Positions 38,120 to 51,297 of a DNA stretch of 64,000 bases are shown piece by piece. The translations under genes were made by a program, and so were the position numbers. The stretch comes from Octopus sinensis (lineage: Eukaryota): positions 25,978,001 to 26,042,000 of the forward strand of contig NC_043018.1 of NCBI RefSeq assembly GCF_006345805.1. The letters are read 5' to 3'. Positions within the stretch are counted from its first letter, which is position 1. Each line of letters begins with the position of its first letter. The notes under the pieces were generated by a model. That model was not told the DNA's origin and made no database searches. It saw only the letters and a list, made by a program, of their open reading frames with translations.

Positions 38120-39230
38120 CCTCTAAACAAGAGCAGTGCCTATCTCAAGGCCTTCACTGTCACTTCAAATACTGTTCCTCACTATCACAAAGGATCTCTG
38201 ATGATAAAACCTCATACTTAGTGCAGATAAGATTGTGTTCCAAAGACTACCCCTTCTCCTTAGGGCCAGCAGATATTTCAACACCCAGCAGCTGCTGGCA
38301 CACTACAAGGCTCAAGTGGAGTACTGGGCCCATAGTATGGGACAGTGTTGCTGCTACACCATACACTGTCATTATGGCCCATGTTCTGAGAAAAGCTGCT
38401 CATCTGACTGGTATTATATCCAGAATGGACACATCTCAGCCTTTGGCTCATAGACATGCTGTTTCTTCTCTCTATCTGTTCTATCATGACTATAACACTG
38501 TGTAACACAATTTTTGTCTTTAGGTAGTGACTGTTATTTCCTATTTGCTTACCCCAAGCGATTATGAAAAATGGCAAATATTTCCATCAAACTTTGCTTT
38601 TGTTACATTTATTCAAACTTCAAAGAATCCCTCTCAACACATGGCTATGATGCTCCTCCACCACTCCTGCTCATGATCCGAGATGCGCATATTGTCAGCC
38701 ACTAAGGGACATGCTCAAGTGGTTACGGTCAAGGCAAATGACAAGCAAATCTGTGGTATTGTGCAGAATATTTGCTATAACGATATTTCTGCTTCAGCAA
38801 CTCATTGCTGAATCTTTCTGAAATGTAATGGAAAATAGGTCAGTTTGAAAACATTGATGTTCAGGTCACAAAAGCAAAGTTTGAAGGGAATAGAAGTGAT
38901 TTCCTTTGATTTCTAAATAGAAGCAAATAGGAAATAACACCTACTGACCAAAGACAAAAACAAAAAATAAAAATTTCGTTACACTGTGCAATGCCCTCCA
39001 CTTTTTGAGAGCTGTTGGGTCTCATAACTCAAACACTTAGGGACCTCTAACCCAGCTGTTTTTTCACCACGTGTCACCCTTCATACATTTAACCCTCATT
39101 TCCTTGCACTGGCCACTACACCCAATCCTTCACCCCCAGAATATCATCTTCTTAGAATCTTCATTCTGCTCATGTCTAAACCTGCAAAAGTTTAAACAGA
39201 ACATAAATGGCATCATACTCACAAGACTTA
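38120..39230 (+). mobile_element. Degenerate L2/CR1-like LINE ORF2 C-terminus, split by family H and other sequence
   Basis: RASRYFNTQQLLAHYKAQV.EY..SQPLAHRHAVSSLYLFY (38250-38500) and TGHYTQSF..NLQKFKQNIN (39100-39220). Confidence 0.65.
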
Positions 39231-40255
39231 AAGGACCTGCAAAGATTATGGCTCTGCCCCTTCCTCTAGACGCCTTGTGTTTAGAAATAGTTCCTTTCAG
39301 ACTCAGCTAACAGTAAAAGGCCTCTAATGCCAGACAAAAGGGTTGATGGAGCAATATTTCAGACATATCAACATCCATGAATGGTGATGGGGCACCGAAG
39401 CAGGCTAAACAGTGGGACTGAAAAGTTTGTAATTTGAGGGAGATTTGGTTGTTGTTCTTAGCAGTTTGAGTGACCATGTGAAGGCTTCCTCCTTAGCTCT
39501 GTTTTAAGCTGATGTTCAGATGTAATTTTTTTTGTAGATACTTGTTTAATGTTTAGGAGTGGCTCTGTGGTAAGTAGCTTGCTTACCAACCACATGGTTC
39601 AGGGTTCAGTCCCACTGCATGGCACCTTGGGCAAGTATCTTCTACTATAACCTCGGGTCGACCAAAGCCTTGTGAGTGGATTTAGTAGACAGAAACTGAA
39701 AGAAGCCTGTTGTGTATATGTATATATATATGTGTGTGTGTGTGTCTGTGTTTGTCCCCCCAACATCACTTGACAACCGATGCTAGTATGTTTGCATTCC
39801 TGTAACTTAGCAGTTCAGCGAAAGAGACCAATAGAATAAGTACTAGGCTTACAAAGAATAAGTTGTGGGGTCGATTTGCTCGACTAAAAGTGGTGCTCCA
39901 GTATGGCCGCAGTCAAATGACTGAAACAAGTAAAAGAGTAAAGAGACATGTCTGTCTGTCTGTCTCTTTCTCTCTCTCACAGTTTAAAATCACAAAATGT
40001 ACAGCAAATTCTAAGACTCATCTATAAGCAGGATATTAAGTGATAATAGACGTTTAATTCTTAAGGTAATGCATTAACGCTAGCCCTACCTACCTAAAAA
40101 CCAGTATAAAACATAAAATTCGATATCGGTATAATATCTATATTACAAATATTACTGCTGGATGTTGTCAGACCAGAGTAAATCAGGAGATTTTAAGCCA
40201 TTGTTTTTCTGTTTGTTAGGATTGTATTTTCAAGAGGAGCCAATTGGGCTAAATT

Positions 40256-40399
40256 ATGTCGTTTGTTGTTGCTACGTTTAATACCCAGTTCAATATTCAT
40301 CGTTTAGGATTTGAACAGAGATTGTTTAGTTTGTCTTTTGTCGATATTCTTGTCAAAGGAAGAAGGATTGGTCCGCAAGTAGTGAGCGAGTACGAGTAC
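40256..40399 (+). CDS. Speculative coding exon (48 codons, ATG to a phase-0 GTAAGT donor); no recognised homologue
   Basis: MSFVVATFNTQFNIHRLGFEQRLFSLSFVDILVKGRRIGPQVVSEYEY|gtaagt in a TE-free, CpG-retaining island. Confidence 0.2.
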
Positions 40400-41399
40400 G
40401 TAAGTAAATAAGCAACGTCTGAGAGATGATATTAAGTTATGAAGCTCATATCTTATTACTTCTCATCACTGCAATTTAAGTAGCAAAATTGTCAGCAATG
40501 GTTATCTTAGTACGTTTCAATAAGTCTCTTCTCTGACGTGTGTCTGAATCTTGTGTAAATCTGGTGAAAACTTAATCTATAATCACACAACCACAGAAAC
40601 TCGATGTCTCTCAGGAATTATTAAATGAAAACCTAAACACATCTCAACTCTTTAGTTTGGTATTCAAAAGCTGTTTTTGGCTTTATCATATCAACACAGT
40701 ATTTTTGTTGGTGTGAGTAATTTGTGTAATATGGTGTGACAAGGAGCCTCTCTACATCCCCCACTTTATATCTCTTTCACTTTCTTTTTGATGTGAAGCA
40801 TTGAGAAAGAAAAAAAACTGTATAGTACTGAGATGTCTGGCAATATATTAGAATTTTTTTTGTGTGTGTTTGTGTGTATGTGTTTGTATGTGTGTGTATG
40901 TGTTTGTGTGTGTATGCGTATTCTTCTTGATTCAATCAAATGCTTGTGTTGGGCATTGATTCCTTAATTCATTAGCAGAGCTTTTAATAATTGTTTCATC
41001 TCGTGTAGTGTATTGTATGGCAAAAAGACAAAGAAAAAGAAAAAAAAAAGAAAAAGAAAGAAAAACAATAGTTATTTTGAGGTTCAGATCAATAAGAACA
41101 TAGACAAATGAAGTTGACATTTTCAAACAAAACTCGATAGCAAAATAAAAAAACAAAAAAAAAACAGAAAAAATCCTCAAAATAAAATACAAAGGAGAAA
41201 AACAACTGCACGAACCCCCCCCCAAAAACACAACTGCCCCAGTATCCTCTGTTTGTTGTTGCGCAGGACAACTATACAAAAGAATCTTTTAATAAATAGT
41301 AGAATGTTGATAATTGCATTAGAAATGAATTATTTATTAAGCAATAGAGGAAGATAAGCATTTTCTCACATGCAGATGATATTTCCTGGAAAGACTGAT

Positions 41400-41693
41400 G
41401 TCTTCTTCTTTTTTATATATATATTTATATATATATACATATATATATATATTCCAGGAGAAACTAAGTGCATTGTGTTATCACGTGCATTTGTGTGTGT
41501 AAGTCTATATAAGTATATGTATATATGCATATGTGTGTCTATATATATGTGTGTGGCTATATGTGTATATAAGGATATATGCATATGTACACATGCAAAC
41601 ACACCATGAGCAAGTATATCAACACCGATGCACTTAGTGCATAAAAGTGCGTGTATGTATATACATTCAAAGTGTATTATGTAATTATGTGCA

Positions 41694-41739
<46 letters not shown>

Positions 41740-41761
41740 GTATATATATGTATATATATAT

Positions 41762-41795
<34 letters not shown>

Positions 41796-42160
41796 TGTAT
41801 AATATATGTATATATATGTATATATATATGTATATGTATATATATGTATATATATGTATATATATGTATATATATATGTATATATGTATATATATAGTAT
41901 ATATATGTATATATAGTATATATGTATATATATATGTTATATATATATGTATATATATATATGTATATATATATATGTATATATATATATATGTTATATA
42001 TGTATATATTATGTATATATATATATATATATATATATGTTATATATATATATATATAGTATATATATATATATAATATATATATATGTACATCGTTACA
42101 CATAGCACTTAGTATATATTTATATGTTTATATGTGTGTGTGTGTGTGTGTGTGAATATA
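41400..42160. repeat. Very long (TA)/(TATG) microsatellite complex
   Basis: Direct inspection; similar complexes at 29590-29745 and 31130-31480. Confidence 0.95.
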
Positions 42161-42448
42161 TATATGTATAAACTGCACTGGGTAATCATATTCACACACA
42201 AATACATACATGCTGTGTTTATATGTTTATGTTTATTTGATGTTCATTATTGAATTAATTAGTCTTCTTTTTTGACAACAATACTTTAGAGACAATTACT
42301 AACGATTACAGATTTATTAATATTAAATAAAAATAAAAAAAAAAATTTTTTTTTTTCCAAGACTGTTTTGTCTTCGTTGTCTGTTGACCGACGTGTTCCT
42401 ATGTCTCTCTTTTGTTTGTTTGTTTTGATGCTGACCTTGCTTTTGCAG

Positions 42449-42493
42449 CCGTCTTTGTCCTCTGTCTTGTATTACAGTTCTATTCACACTAAG
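42449..42493 (+). CDS. Speculative 45-nt internal exon
   Basis: ctgac branch-like site, ttgcttttgcag acceptor, AAG|gtaatc donor; frame 0 PSLSSVLYYSSIHTK, stop-free in two frames. Confidence 0.22.
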
Positions 42494-42629
42494 GTAATCT
42501 TTCAGCACGGCCTTAGCCCTGGTAGTTAAAACAAACCAGAGAGTTAAACAAAAGACAAACAAACAAACTAAAAAAAAAAAAGCTTCATATTGAATTGACA
42601 CCAGTATGTCACTGGTATTATATTGTATT

Positions 42630-43295
42630 AAAGCGGTGAGCTGGCAGAAACGTTAGCACACTGGGCGAAATACTTAGCAGTATTTCGTCTGCTGCTACAT
42701 CCCGAGTTCAAATTCTGCCAAGGTCGACTTTGCCTTTCATTCTTTCAGGGTTGATTAAATAAGTACCAGTTACGCACTAGGGTCAATGTAATCGACTTAA
42801 TCCGTGTGTCTGTCCTTGTTTGCCCTCTCTGTGTTTAGCCCCTTGTGGGTAGTAAAGAAATAGGTATTATATTGTATTAAGGTGGTGAGCTGGCAGAAAT
42901 GTTAGCACGCCGGGCGAAATACTTAGCGGTATTTCGTCTGCTGCTATGTTCCGAGTTCAAATTCCGCTGAGGTCGACTTTGCCTTTCATCCTTTCAGTGT
43001 CGATTAAATAAGTACCAGTTACGCACTGGGGTCGATGTAATCAACTTAATCCATTTGTCTGTCCTTGTTTCTCCTCTCTGTGTTTGGCCCCTTGTGGGTA
43101 GTAAAGAAATAGGTATTTCATCTGTCTTTATGTTCTGAGTTCAAATTCTGCCGAGGTCGACTTTGCCTTTCATCCTTTTGGGGTTGATTAAATAAGTACC
43201 AGTTATGCACTGGGGTAGATGTAATCGACTTAATCCATTTGTCTGTCCTTGTTTGTCCTCTCTGTGTTTGGCCCCTTGTGGGTAATAAAGAAATA
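42630..43295 (+). mobile_element. SINE-B monomer plus dimer, bounded by three identical 16-mers
   Basis: ggtattatattgtatt at 42614-42629, 42863-42878 and 43296-43311; internal junction at 43113. Confidence 0.92.
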
Positions 43296-43522
43296 GGTAT
43301 TATATTGTATTGCTTCCCCTGCTTCAGCTGGATGAAAGCCAAAGTTAAAATTTTTTTGATTTTTTTTTTTTCTGTGTGTGGTGTAAAGTGTGCTTCCCAA
43401 CCACAAGGTTCCAGGTTCAGTCCTACTGCCTGGCACTCTGGACAAGTGTCTTCTACTATAACTGCGGGATTACCAAAGCCCTGTGAATGGATTTAGGAAA
43501 TGGAAACTGAGAGAAGCCTATC

Positions 43523-43556
<34 letters not shown>

Positions 43557-44889
43557 CTTTGTGTCGTCTGTGTTTGTTTCCCACCATGACTTGGCAACTG
43601 GTGTTGGTTTATTTACATCCTTATAACTTAGCTGTTCAACAAAAGTGACTGATAGAATACATACCAAGCTTAAAAAAAACATAATTACTGGGCGCTTGAT
43701 TTGTTTAACTAAAAATTCTTCAAGGTGGTCTATCGACTTCCAAGGCTTTGATGGCCTGGAGCTATAGTAGAAACCCTAGGTAACATGCAATTGGCTGAAC
43801 CTGGAACCATGTGATTGGAAAGCAAACCTCTTATTCATACAGCCACCCCAGCATCTATCTTTTATCCTGTACTTGTTTCCATCATTAGACTGTGGCCATG
43901 CTGGGGCACCACCTTGAAAAGTTTCCATTTGAATGAATTGACTCTTGGCCCCAGTAATTATATATTTTTTAAGCCTGATACTTATTCTGTTGGTCTCTTC
44001 TGCCAAACCACTAAGTTATGAGGATGTAAACACACCGACATTGGTTGTGAAGCAGTGATGAGGACATACACAAAGATGTGCATACCCCACCTGCACAAAC
44101 ACAAACATACAATGGGTATCTCTCAGTTTCTGGTTACCAAATCCACTCACAAGATTTTGGTCAGCCTGAGGCTATAGTAGAAGACACTTGCCCAAGGTGC
44201 CACACAACGGGACTGAACCCAGAACCATGTGGTTGGGAAGCAAACTTCTTAGTTACACAGCCACGCTTTTACACCTTGTTAAAAGCTTATCTTAGTTGAT
44301 TGCTCTTTGATTTTTTACCTTTCCACTCAAGGGCTTGATTATTTGTTGATTATGACCTTTAGGAGTCATAGGTGAGGGTTTGAACTCTTAGGAGTGGCAG
44401 ATGAGGGTTTGACTTTTATATTTCCTGTTTTACAATCCATCTTCCTGGGACAACGATTTTCCAAGAATGCACTGCAACTGGTACTGTTTGTGTTGTAGAA
44501 CTTTTGAGAAACATAATTTAAGGCTTTAGAAAAATCAATATTAATACCTGAGTAACTTGAAAAATGTATTATTCATAATTTTGTTATATGCAAAAATGAT
44601 TAATAAAAAGAGGTAAGTTATAGTATTTTTTCAAAGCAGTTTTTTTTCTTTGAAATCTGCTATGCAAAGTGTACCAATAATTTTTTTATGCGCCATGCAA
44701 AGTGCGCCAGTAATTCTTTATTTTCTGTACGAAATGCATCGATAATTCTTTTTAGTTTCCGTATGGATGTGCCAGGAATTTGTTTCTTTTTTGTTTTTTG
44801 TTTTACTTGCTTTCTAGTGTGCCATGTAGTTAAGTGAAATTATAAAGCACAGTCCTAGAGATTCAAAGTATTAGACAGAGTGAAAGCTA

Positions 44890-45330
44890 GCTAGCTAGAT
44901 AGATAGATAGTGATAAAGAGATAGATAGATAGATAAATAGATAGATAGATAGATAGATTGATAAATAGTGATAGAGAGAGAGTGTGTGAGAGAGATTGAT
45001 AGATAGAGTGATAGATAGTGATAGATAGATAGATAGATAGAGTAAAAGATAGAGTAACTGAAAGACAGATAGATAGGTAGGTAGACTGATAGATAGATAG
45101 GTTGGTAGGTAGACAGATAGATAGGTAAACAGACAGATTGGTAGGTAGGTAGGTAGGTAGGTAGATAGATAGATAGACAGATAGAGATAGATAGATGGAT
45201 AGATAGATAGATAGATAGAGAGATAGATAGAGTAAAAGCTAGATAGACAGACAGATAGAAAGAAAAATAGATGGAGGGAAAGAGGGAGAAAGAGGGAGGG
45301 AAAGAAAGGGAGAGAGAGAGAGTCAGGTTA
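44890..45330. repeat. (GATA)/(GGTA)/(GA) microsatellite
   Basis: Direct inspection. Confidence 0.95.
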
Positions 45331-45618
45331 GTGGGGATTGAGCAGCATGGTACCTGAATTTTACTTTTGGTTGAAACCTCTTCCATCAACTGTTTGTCTG
45401 AAATAACTATTGTATTGGTTAAAATTTTCTCAGTTCTAATCAAAGTTTATGTGAATATGCAAATGAAATTATCTAATTCCTAGATTCACTTTGCAGCTGT
45501 ATAGTTCTTGTTTTGAATAAATACATATCTTCACAGCATATTGAATTTAAAAAAAGAAATTTTGCAAAAAAAAAATACACATAGAGAAACATAAAGTTTT
45601 ATTGTTAGGCCCACTGAA

Positions 45619-46009
45619 GGCTGTGAGCTAACAGAATCATTAGCACGCGAAATGCTTAGTGGTATTTTGTCTGCTGCTATGTTCTGAGTTCAAATTCTGC
45701 CGAGGTCGACTTTGCCTTTCATCCTTTCGGGGTCAATAAATTAAGTACCAGTTACGCACTGGGGTCGATGTAATCGACTTAATCCATTTGTCTGTCCTTG
45801 TTTGTCCTCTCTGTGTTTAGCCCCTTGTGGGTAGTAAAGAAATAGGTATTTTGTCTGCTGCTATGTTCTGAGTTCAAATTCTGCCAAGGTCGACTTTGCC
45901 TTTTGTCCTTTCGAGGTCAATTAGATAAGTACCAGTTATGCACTGGGGTTGATGTAATTGACTTAATCCCTTACCTCAAATTTGAGGCCTTGTGTTTCCA
46001 TTAGAAAGG
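45619..46009 (+). mobile_element. SINE-B dimer (B1+B2) in an 18-bp TSD
   Basis: TSD attgttaggc(c/a)cactgaa (45601-45618, 46010-46027); junction at 45846. Confidence 0.9.
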
Positions 46010-46441
46010 ATTGTTAGGCACACTGAATAAAGAAAAAACGAGTAAGTTGACCCCTATCACATGTGTCAAGGTGCATGGCTAAGTGGTTAGAACATTGGGC
46101 TCACAATTACGAGGTAGTGAGTTCAATTCCCAGAGAGGGCTGTGTGTTGTTTTCTTGAGCAAGACACGTTATTTCACATTGCTCCAATTCACTCAGCTGT
46201 AGAAATGAGTTGTGACGTCACTGGTGTCAAACTGTATTGGCCCCTTTGCCTTTCCCTTGGACAACATCACTATGCATCAGTGTGCAACAGAGGCTAGTAT
46301 GCATAGGTGACTGATGACCTTCTATAAACAACCTTGCCCAGGCTTGTTCTTCAGAGAATCTAGGTGCAATCCCATCATCATTTATGACTGAAGGGGGTTT
46401 TCATCTATATATGCATATATACACATATGTATGCAGGTATA

Positions 46442-46668
46442 AGTTAGAGGCGTTTAAAGCCTCTAAGGGACAGAGATATCCAAAGGACAAAAACGGCTTT
46501 ATCACTCGCATTCTCACCTGGAATCGATTTTTGTAATTTTTTCAAGACTTATACACACCCTGATACCCTTGGTATCTACACATCAAATTTGAGCGCACTT
46601 GGATGGAGGATGCCCGAGATCTGAGAAGACACACACACAGACAGACAGAATGGATTTTATATAAGAGA
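46442..46668 (-). mobile_element. Helitron/Helentron-like non-autonomous element
   Basis: 5' a|tctcttatataaaa..tgtctgtctgtgtgtgtgtc shared in style with element G; 3' hairpin ttagaggc..gcctctaa. Confidence 0.6.
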
Positions 46669-46797
46669 TAAACTACAGGTTTTTATATACACATCTATTA
46701 TTTTAAGGAAATCAATTCCCGCCAAAATATTAGGTATTGAACAAGTATCTCCTTGGATGACACCATCCTTTCATGAGGCTAACATAACCTCTAATCG

Positions 46798-46846
<49 letters not shown>

Positions 46847-47321
46847 AAGGCTTCTTTTAGTTTCCTTTTACCAAATCCACTCACAAGGCTATAGTACCAA
46901 ATCCACAATCCAAGGCTATAGTAGAAGACACTTGCCCATGGTACCACAGAGTGGGACTGAACTCGGAGCCTTGTGGTAGGGAAGCAAGCTTCTTACTACA
47001 CAACCACAAAGCCGAAAGGAGTTCCATGCTAAAAATCATATCACCAGATTACACAGGAAAATGAAATTAACAGGTGGTAACCAAAAAGTGAGCTGTGACA
47101 TGTTGGTTAATCAACAGGTTATACATTTATGTGTGTGTGTGTGTGTGTGTGCTTGTGTGGTTAAGAAGTTTGTTTCTCAACCATGTGGCTTTGAGTTCAG
47201 TCCCACTGCATGGCATCTCGGGTAAGCATCTTCTACTAAAGCTCCAGGCTGATCAAAGCCTTTTGAGATGGAAATTGTGTGGAACCCATCATACACACAC
47301 ATGCATGCATACATACAACCC

Positions 47322-47583
47322 CATGTGTTATGGGTTTGCCTGCCCCTCTGGCTAATCTGACATGTCATGTAATGTTATGGGTTGGGTCTACCCCTCTGGC
47401 GAATCTGACATGTCATGTAATGTTATGGGTTCAGTCTGCCCCTCTGGCGAATCTGACATGTCATGTAATGTTATGGGTTGGCCCTGCCCCTCTGGCGAAT
47501 CTGACAAGTCATGTAATGTTATGGATTGGCCCTGCCCCTCTGGCGAATCTCTGACATGTCATGTAATGTTATGGATTGGGTCT
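47322..47583. repeat. 48-bp minisatellite, array 1 (about 5-6 units)
   Basis: gccctgcccctctggcgaatctgacatgtcatgtaatgttatgggttg. Confidence 0.95.
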
Positions 47584-47715
47584 GTGTTTGTGTCCCCTTC
47601 CATGAAAACATGTCTGGCCTTGGGGAAATAATACAATGTCTGGAAAGAGGTGAGGTTTGGCAACAGGAAGAGCATCCAACCATGCAATTTCTGCAAGCAT
47701 GGGAGAGTGGATATT

Positions 47716-48147
47716 TTTTTCTACTCTAGGCACAAGGCCCAAAATTTTTGGGCAGGGGGCCAGTCAATTAGATTGCTCCTAGTATGCAACTGGTACTTAG
47801 TTTATCGACCCCGAAAGGATGATGGGCAAAGCCAACCTCAGCGGAATTTGAACTCAGAATGTAACAGCAAACGTAATACTGCTAAGCATTTCGCCTGGCC
47901 TGCTAACGTTTCTTATTTCTTTATTGCGCATAAGGGGCTAAACATAGATGGGACAAACAAGGACAGACAAAGGGATTAAATCAATTACATCGACTCCAGT
48001 GCGTAACTGGTACTCAATTTATTAACCCCGAAAGGATGAAAGGCAAAGTCGACCTCGGTGGAATTTGAACTCAGAATGTAACAGCAGACGAAATACTGCT
48101 AAGCATTTCGCCCGGCCTGCTAACGTTTCTGCCAGCTCACCACCTTT
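47716..48147 (-). mobile_element. SINE-B dimer (B1 then B2) in a 15-bp TSD
   Basis: TSD ggga(g/a)agtggatatt (47701-47715, 48148-48162). Confidence 0.88.
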
Positions 48148-48954
48148 GGGAAAGTGGATATTAAAATCAGAATGATGTTAATAAGACTAATGCATTCTTG
48201 AAGTTGTCACTGTATTTACCATTTACCAAAGATTTGAATTACTCCATGCTACATCCTTCTGTCTCCATATTTTATTTTTGATTAACTTTAATTTCTTCTA
48301 TGGTGCAGCCTTTGTTTTTTTATTTGGCTTTGATCAGTATTAATTATTAAGTTAATGGCCAAGCCAGTGAAGGGGCCTTTATGTGGTAGCTTGGCCTGTT
48401 AGAATTAGCAACCAAATCTCCCTCAAACTCCACCACCACTACCATTTTCTAAGAAGTCATATTGGGGAATATGATTGTGGGTCCCTGGGCATATAAGAAA
48501 ATGACTTGGTCATAAGTTTGCTAAACCGGGACTGATTTAGGGCTAAGTAACACTAACAACAGCATAAAGCTAATCATTTTTTTTTCCTCGTTAGGGGGTG
48601 TAACATTAATTAATTAAAAACACTTTTTGGCTCGCTATTCTAAGTATGTAAGCACCGATTTTAGTATTGATTTGACCCTGTGTGATTAATTATATTATTG
48701 TTTGATAACGAGGAGAGTATATTAAAAAAGCATCTAAAAATTTTGGTCAATAAATATCAAAGTGATTTTTGTCCAAGTTAAGAATGTATGCAGAGGCAGA
48801 ATAGAGTATATGGGATGATGATGGTGGAGGGGCAGTGGTGGTGGTGGTGGTGGTAGTGGGAAATAACCGATGTTTCTATTTGGAATTATCTATTCTTTTA
48901 TTCTCTGAATTCCTACCAAATGTCTATTCTTCCTCTTTTGTTTTTTATATACAT

Positions 48955-49012
<58 letters not shown>

Positions 49013-49239
49013 CCTTTTATTCTTTTACTGGTTTCTGTAATTTTACTGTGGCCATGCTGGAGCACCGTCTTTAGTTGAACAAGTTGACCCCAGGACTAGT
49101 ACTTATTCTACCAGTTCTTTTGCCGAACCACTAAGTTACGGGAATTTAAAAATCCCAACATTGGTTGTCAAGTGATGGTGGGAGGACAAACACAGACACA
49201 CAAACATACATACATGCATATCTATCTATCTATATATAT

Positions 49240-49478
49240 ATGACATGTCACGTAATGTTATGGATTGGGTCTGCACCTCTGGCTAATCTGACATGTCATG
49301 TAATGTTATGGGTTGGGTCTGCCCCTCTGGCGAATCTCTGACATGACATGTCATGTAATGTTATGGGTTGGCCCTGCCCCTCTAGCTAATCTGACATGTC
49401 ATGTAATGTTATGGATTGGGTCTACCCCTCTGGCTAATCTCTGACATGTCATGTAATGTTTTGGATTGGCCCTGTCCT
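49240..49478. repeat. 48-bp minisatellite, array 2 (about 5 units)
   Basis: Same unit and orientation as 47322-47583. Confidence 0.95.
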
Positions 49479-49479
49479 C

Positions 49480-50005
49480 TTTTTGGCATTGAACTGATGA
49501 GCTTTGTGGAATTTCTGCCCACTTTTCATGCAACAATCAAAATAATTCACCTTTAGCTTTAGGTTTCTGTTGAGTTTTTCATATAGCTCTATCTCATATA
49601 CTCCAAAGATTTTCAATTGGGTTCATGTCAAGAGATTGGCTGGGCAAAGTAAGCTTTTTCATCTCATTTTCACTCAGCCATTGTTGATTCCTTTTCGCTG
49701 TATGGCATGGAGCCCCATCTTCCATGAATAAAAACTCATTTTTCGTTATGTTATCATGTGAATACATCGGAAGTAGTCCTTGCTTAAGTATTTCGATGTA
49801 TTTTTCAGAGTTTATGGTTCCAACACATTCAATCAGCTCAGAACGACCATTGTTGGTGACAGCTCCCCATACCATTACAGAGATACCGCCATGTTTCACA
49901 GTCGGTTGGAGTTGCTTCAAATCAAATTCTTGATTGGGAAGCCTCCAGACCCAAACACATCTACTGTCTGGACTGTATTACATTTGGGGTGGGGATTAAG
50001 TGTAT
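49480..50005 (-). mobile_element. Tc1 (DD34E-type) transposase C-terminal remnant
   Basis: VWRLPNQEFDLKQLQPTVKHGGISVMVWGA..FMEDGAPCHTAK..SQSLDMNPIENLWS. Confidence 0.92.
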
Positions 50006-50391
50006 GACTTAAAGTTTAGTAATTGCTTCTGAATTATTTTATAAGGATATGTAACAACCACTGTTTATACAACTGTACTTCATTCTATAGATGACCAGTG
50101 AATGGGGATTGTATCTTCGTCTATAGGCTTCTGTACAGTATCCATCACTTAAATTTCCGTACATAGGGTTTTAGTCAGCTTGAAACTATTGACAGAAAAC
50201 ATTTAATCCAGAGTACATCAGAGTAGGATTGAACCTCAAACCATGTAATCACAAAGCAAATTTCTTAACCAGAAACTAATGATTGTACCCCGAAGAATGA
50301 GTGTGACTGATATTTATACACAGTTATTATGTAGTTCTTAAGCAATTTTCAGTTTTTAAAATTAAATTTTCTAATTTTATGCCATGGCTGA

Positions 50392-50918
50392 TGTTGTTTT
50401 ATTCACGGGCTAAAATTACGCGCCTTCACTTGTCAGTTAAGGTGAGACAGTGTCACGTGACAACTTGCTGGGACTACCTGTCAGGTGACAGTCATTTAGA
50501 AAAAGCTCGGGCTAAAACTACACGCCTTCACTAGTCAGTTAAGGTGAGACAGTGTCACGTGACAACTTGCTGGGGCTGCCTGCTGGAGCCTTTGCGGCAG
50601 GTATTTAAAGGGAAAAATTTGACAAGACAGTCAGTCACCGGCTGACACTCGCTGACGATACATCGAAGAGGCCAGGGAACAGAAGAAAGAAGACATGCAC
50701 CCAACACCAGAGCTGAAGACACCTCCGAAAGGGGGGCCCTGCCACGTCAAAACGGTAGAGGAGTAGGGGCTGAAACCGGACGTGGTTCCTCCTGATGATG
50801 TCTTGAGCTAACTGGATCCTATAAAGGAGCTGTTGTGGTAGCAGACCAGGTTGTAATTCCTTCCTTCAGTCATCTTGTTTAAACTGGAGTATATTTAGTG
50901 AGCTACGAAATTCTTACA
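50392..50918. mobile_element. Candidate solo or terminal LTR with an internal 102-bp-period duplication
   Basis: TG..CA ends (tgttg..ttaca), GC-richer than flanks, tatttaaa box, duplicated ~75-bp block at 50406 and 50508; no TSD found. Confidence 0.45.
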
Positions 50919-51260
50919 TTCTCCTGATTTCCAGTAATTCAGACCACCCCGTGGTACCATCAAACAAAATGGAAGAGATGTTGCCCCAGAGGATGGTGAG
51001 AGCTATGTGCTGGATCAGCCACTCTACTTCGTGGGGCTTGCATTTGCTTTACTTGTAGATAATAATTGGTAAAATAATCTGTGTAAAAAAACAACAAAAG
51101 ACCCCCAAATGCTGGGTGCATCTATTGGCATACCCACACAAGGGTGCCCACCTCCTGAATTTGTTTCTTCATAATTTTCAAAGCAGTGGGTATCTTTTAA
51201 TGACATTTTCAACAAATACCTTTCAAATGTTGTAGATAACAACTGTATCAGAATTTAATG

Positions 51261-51297
<37 letters not shown>

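Noticed and set aside
41366-42103. 245-aa and 141-aa ORFs rich in Y and I (also 29518-29877, 31001-31563, 44895-45443, 9407-9766)
   Set aside because: Translations of TA/CA/GATA/CT simple repeats.
44660-44800. About four degenerate ~33-bp tandem units
   Set aside because: Too decayed to interpret; ordinary minisatellite decay.
49519-49537. ttttgattgttgc (minus) resembling the start of miR-315
   Set aside because: Short match inside a Tc1 relic, with no hairpin.
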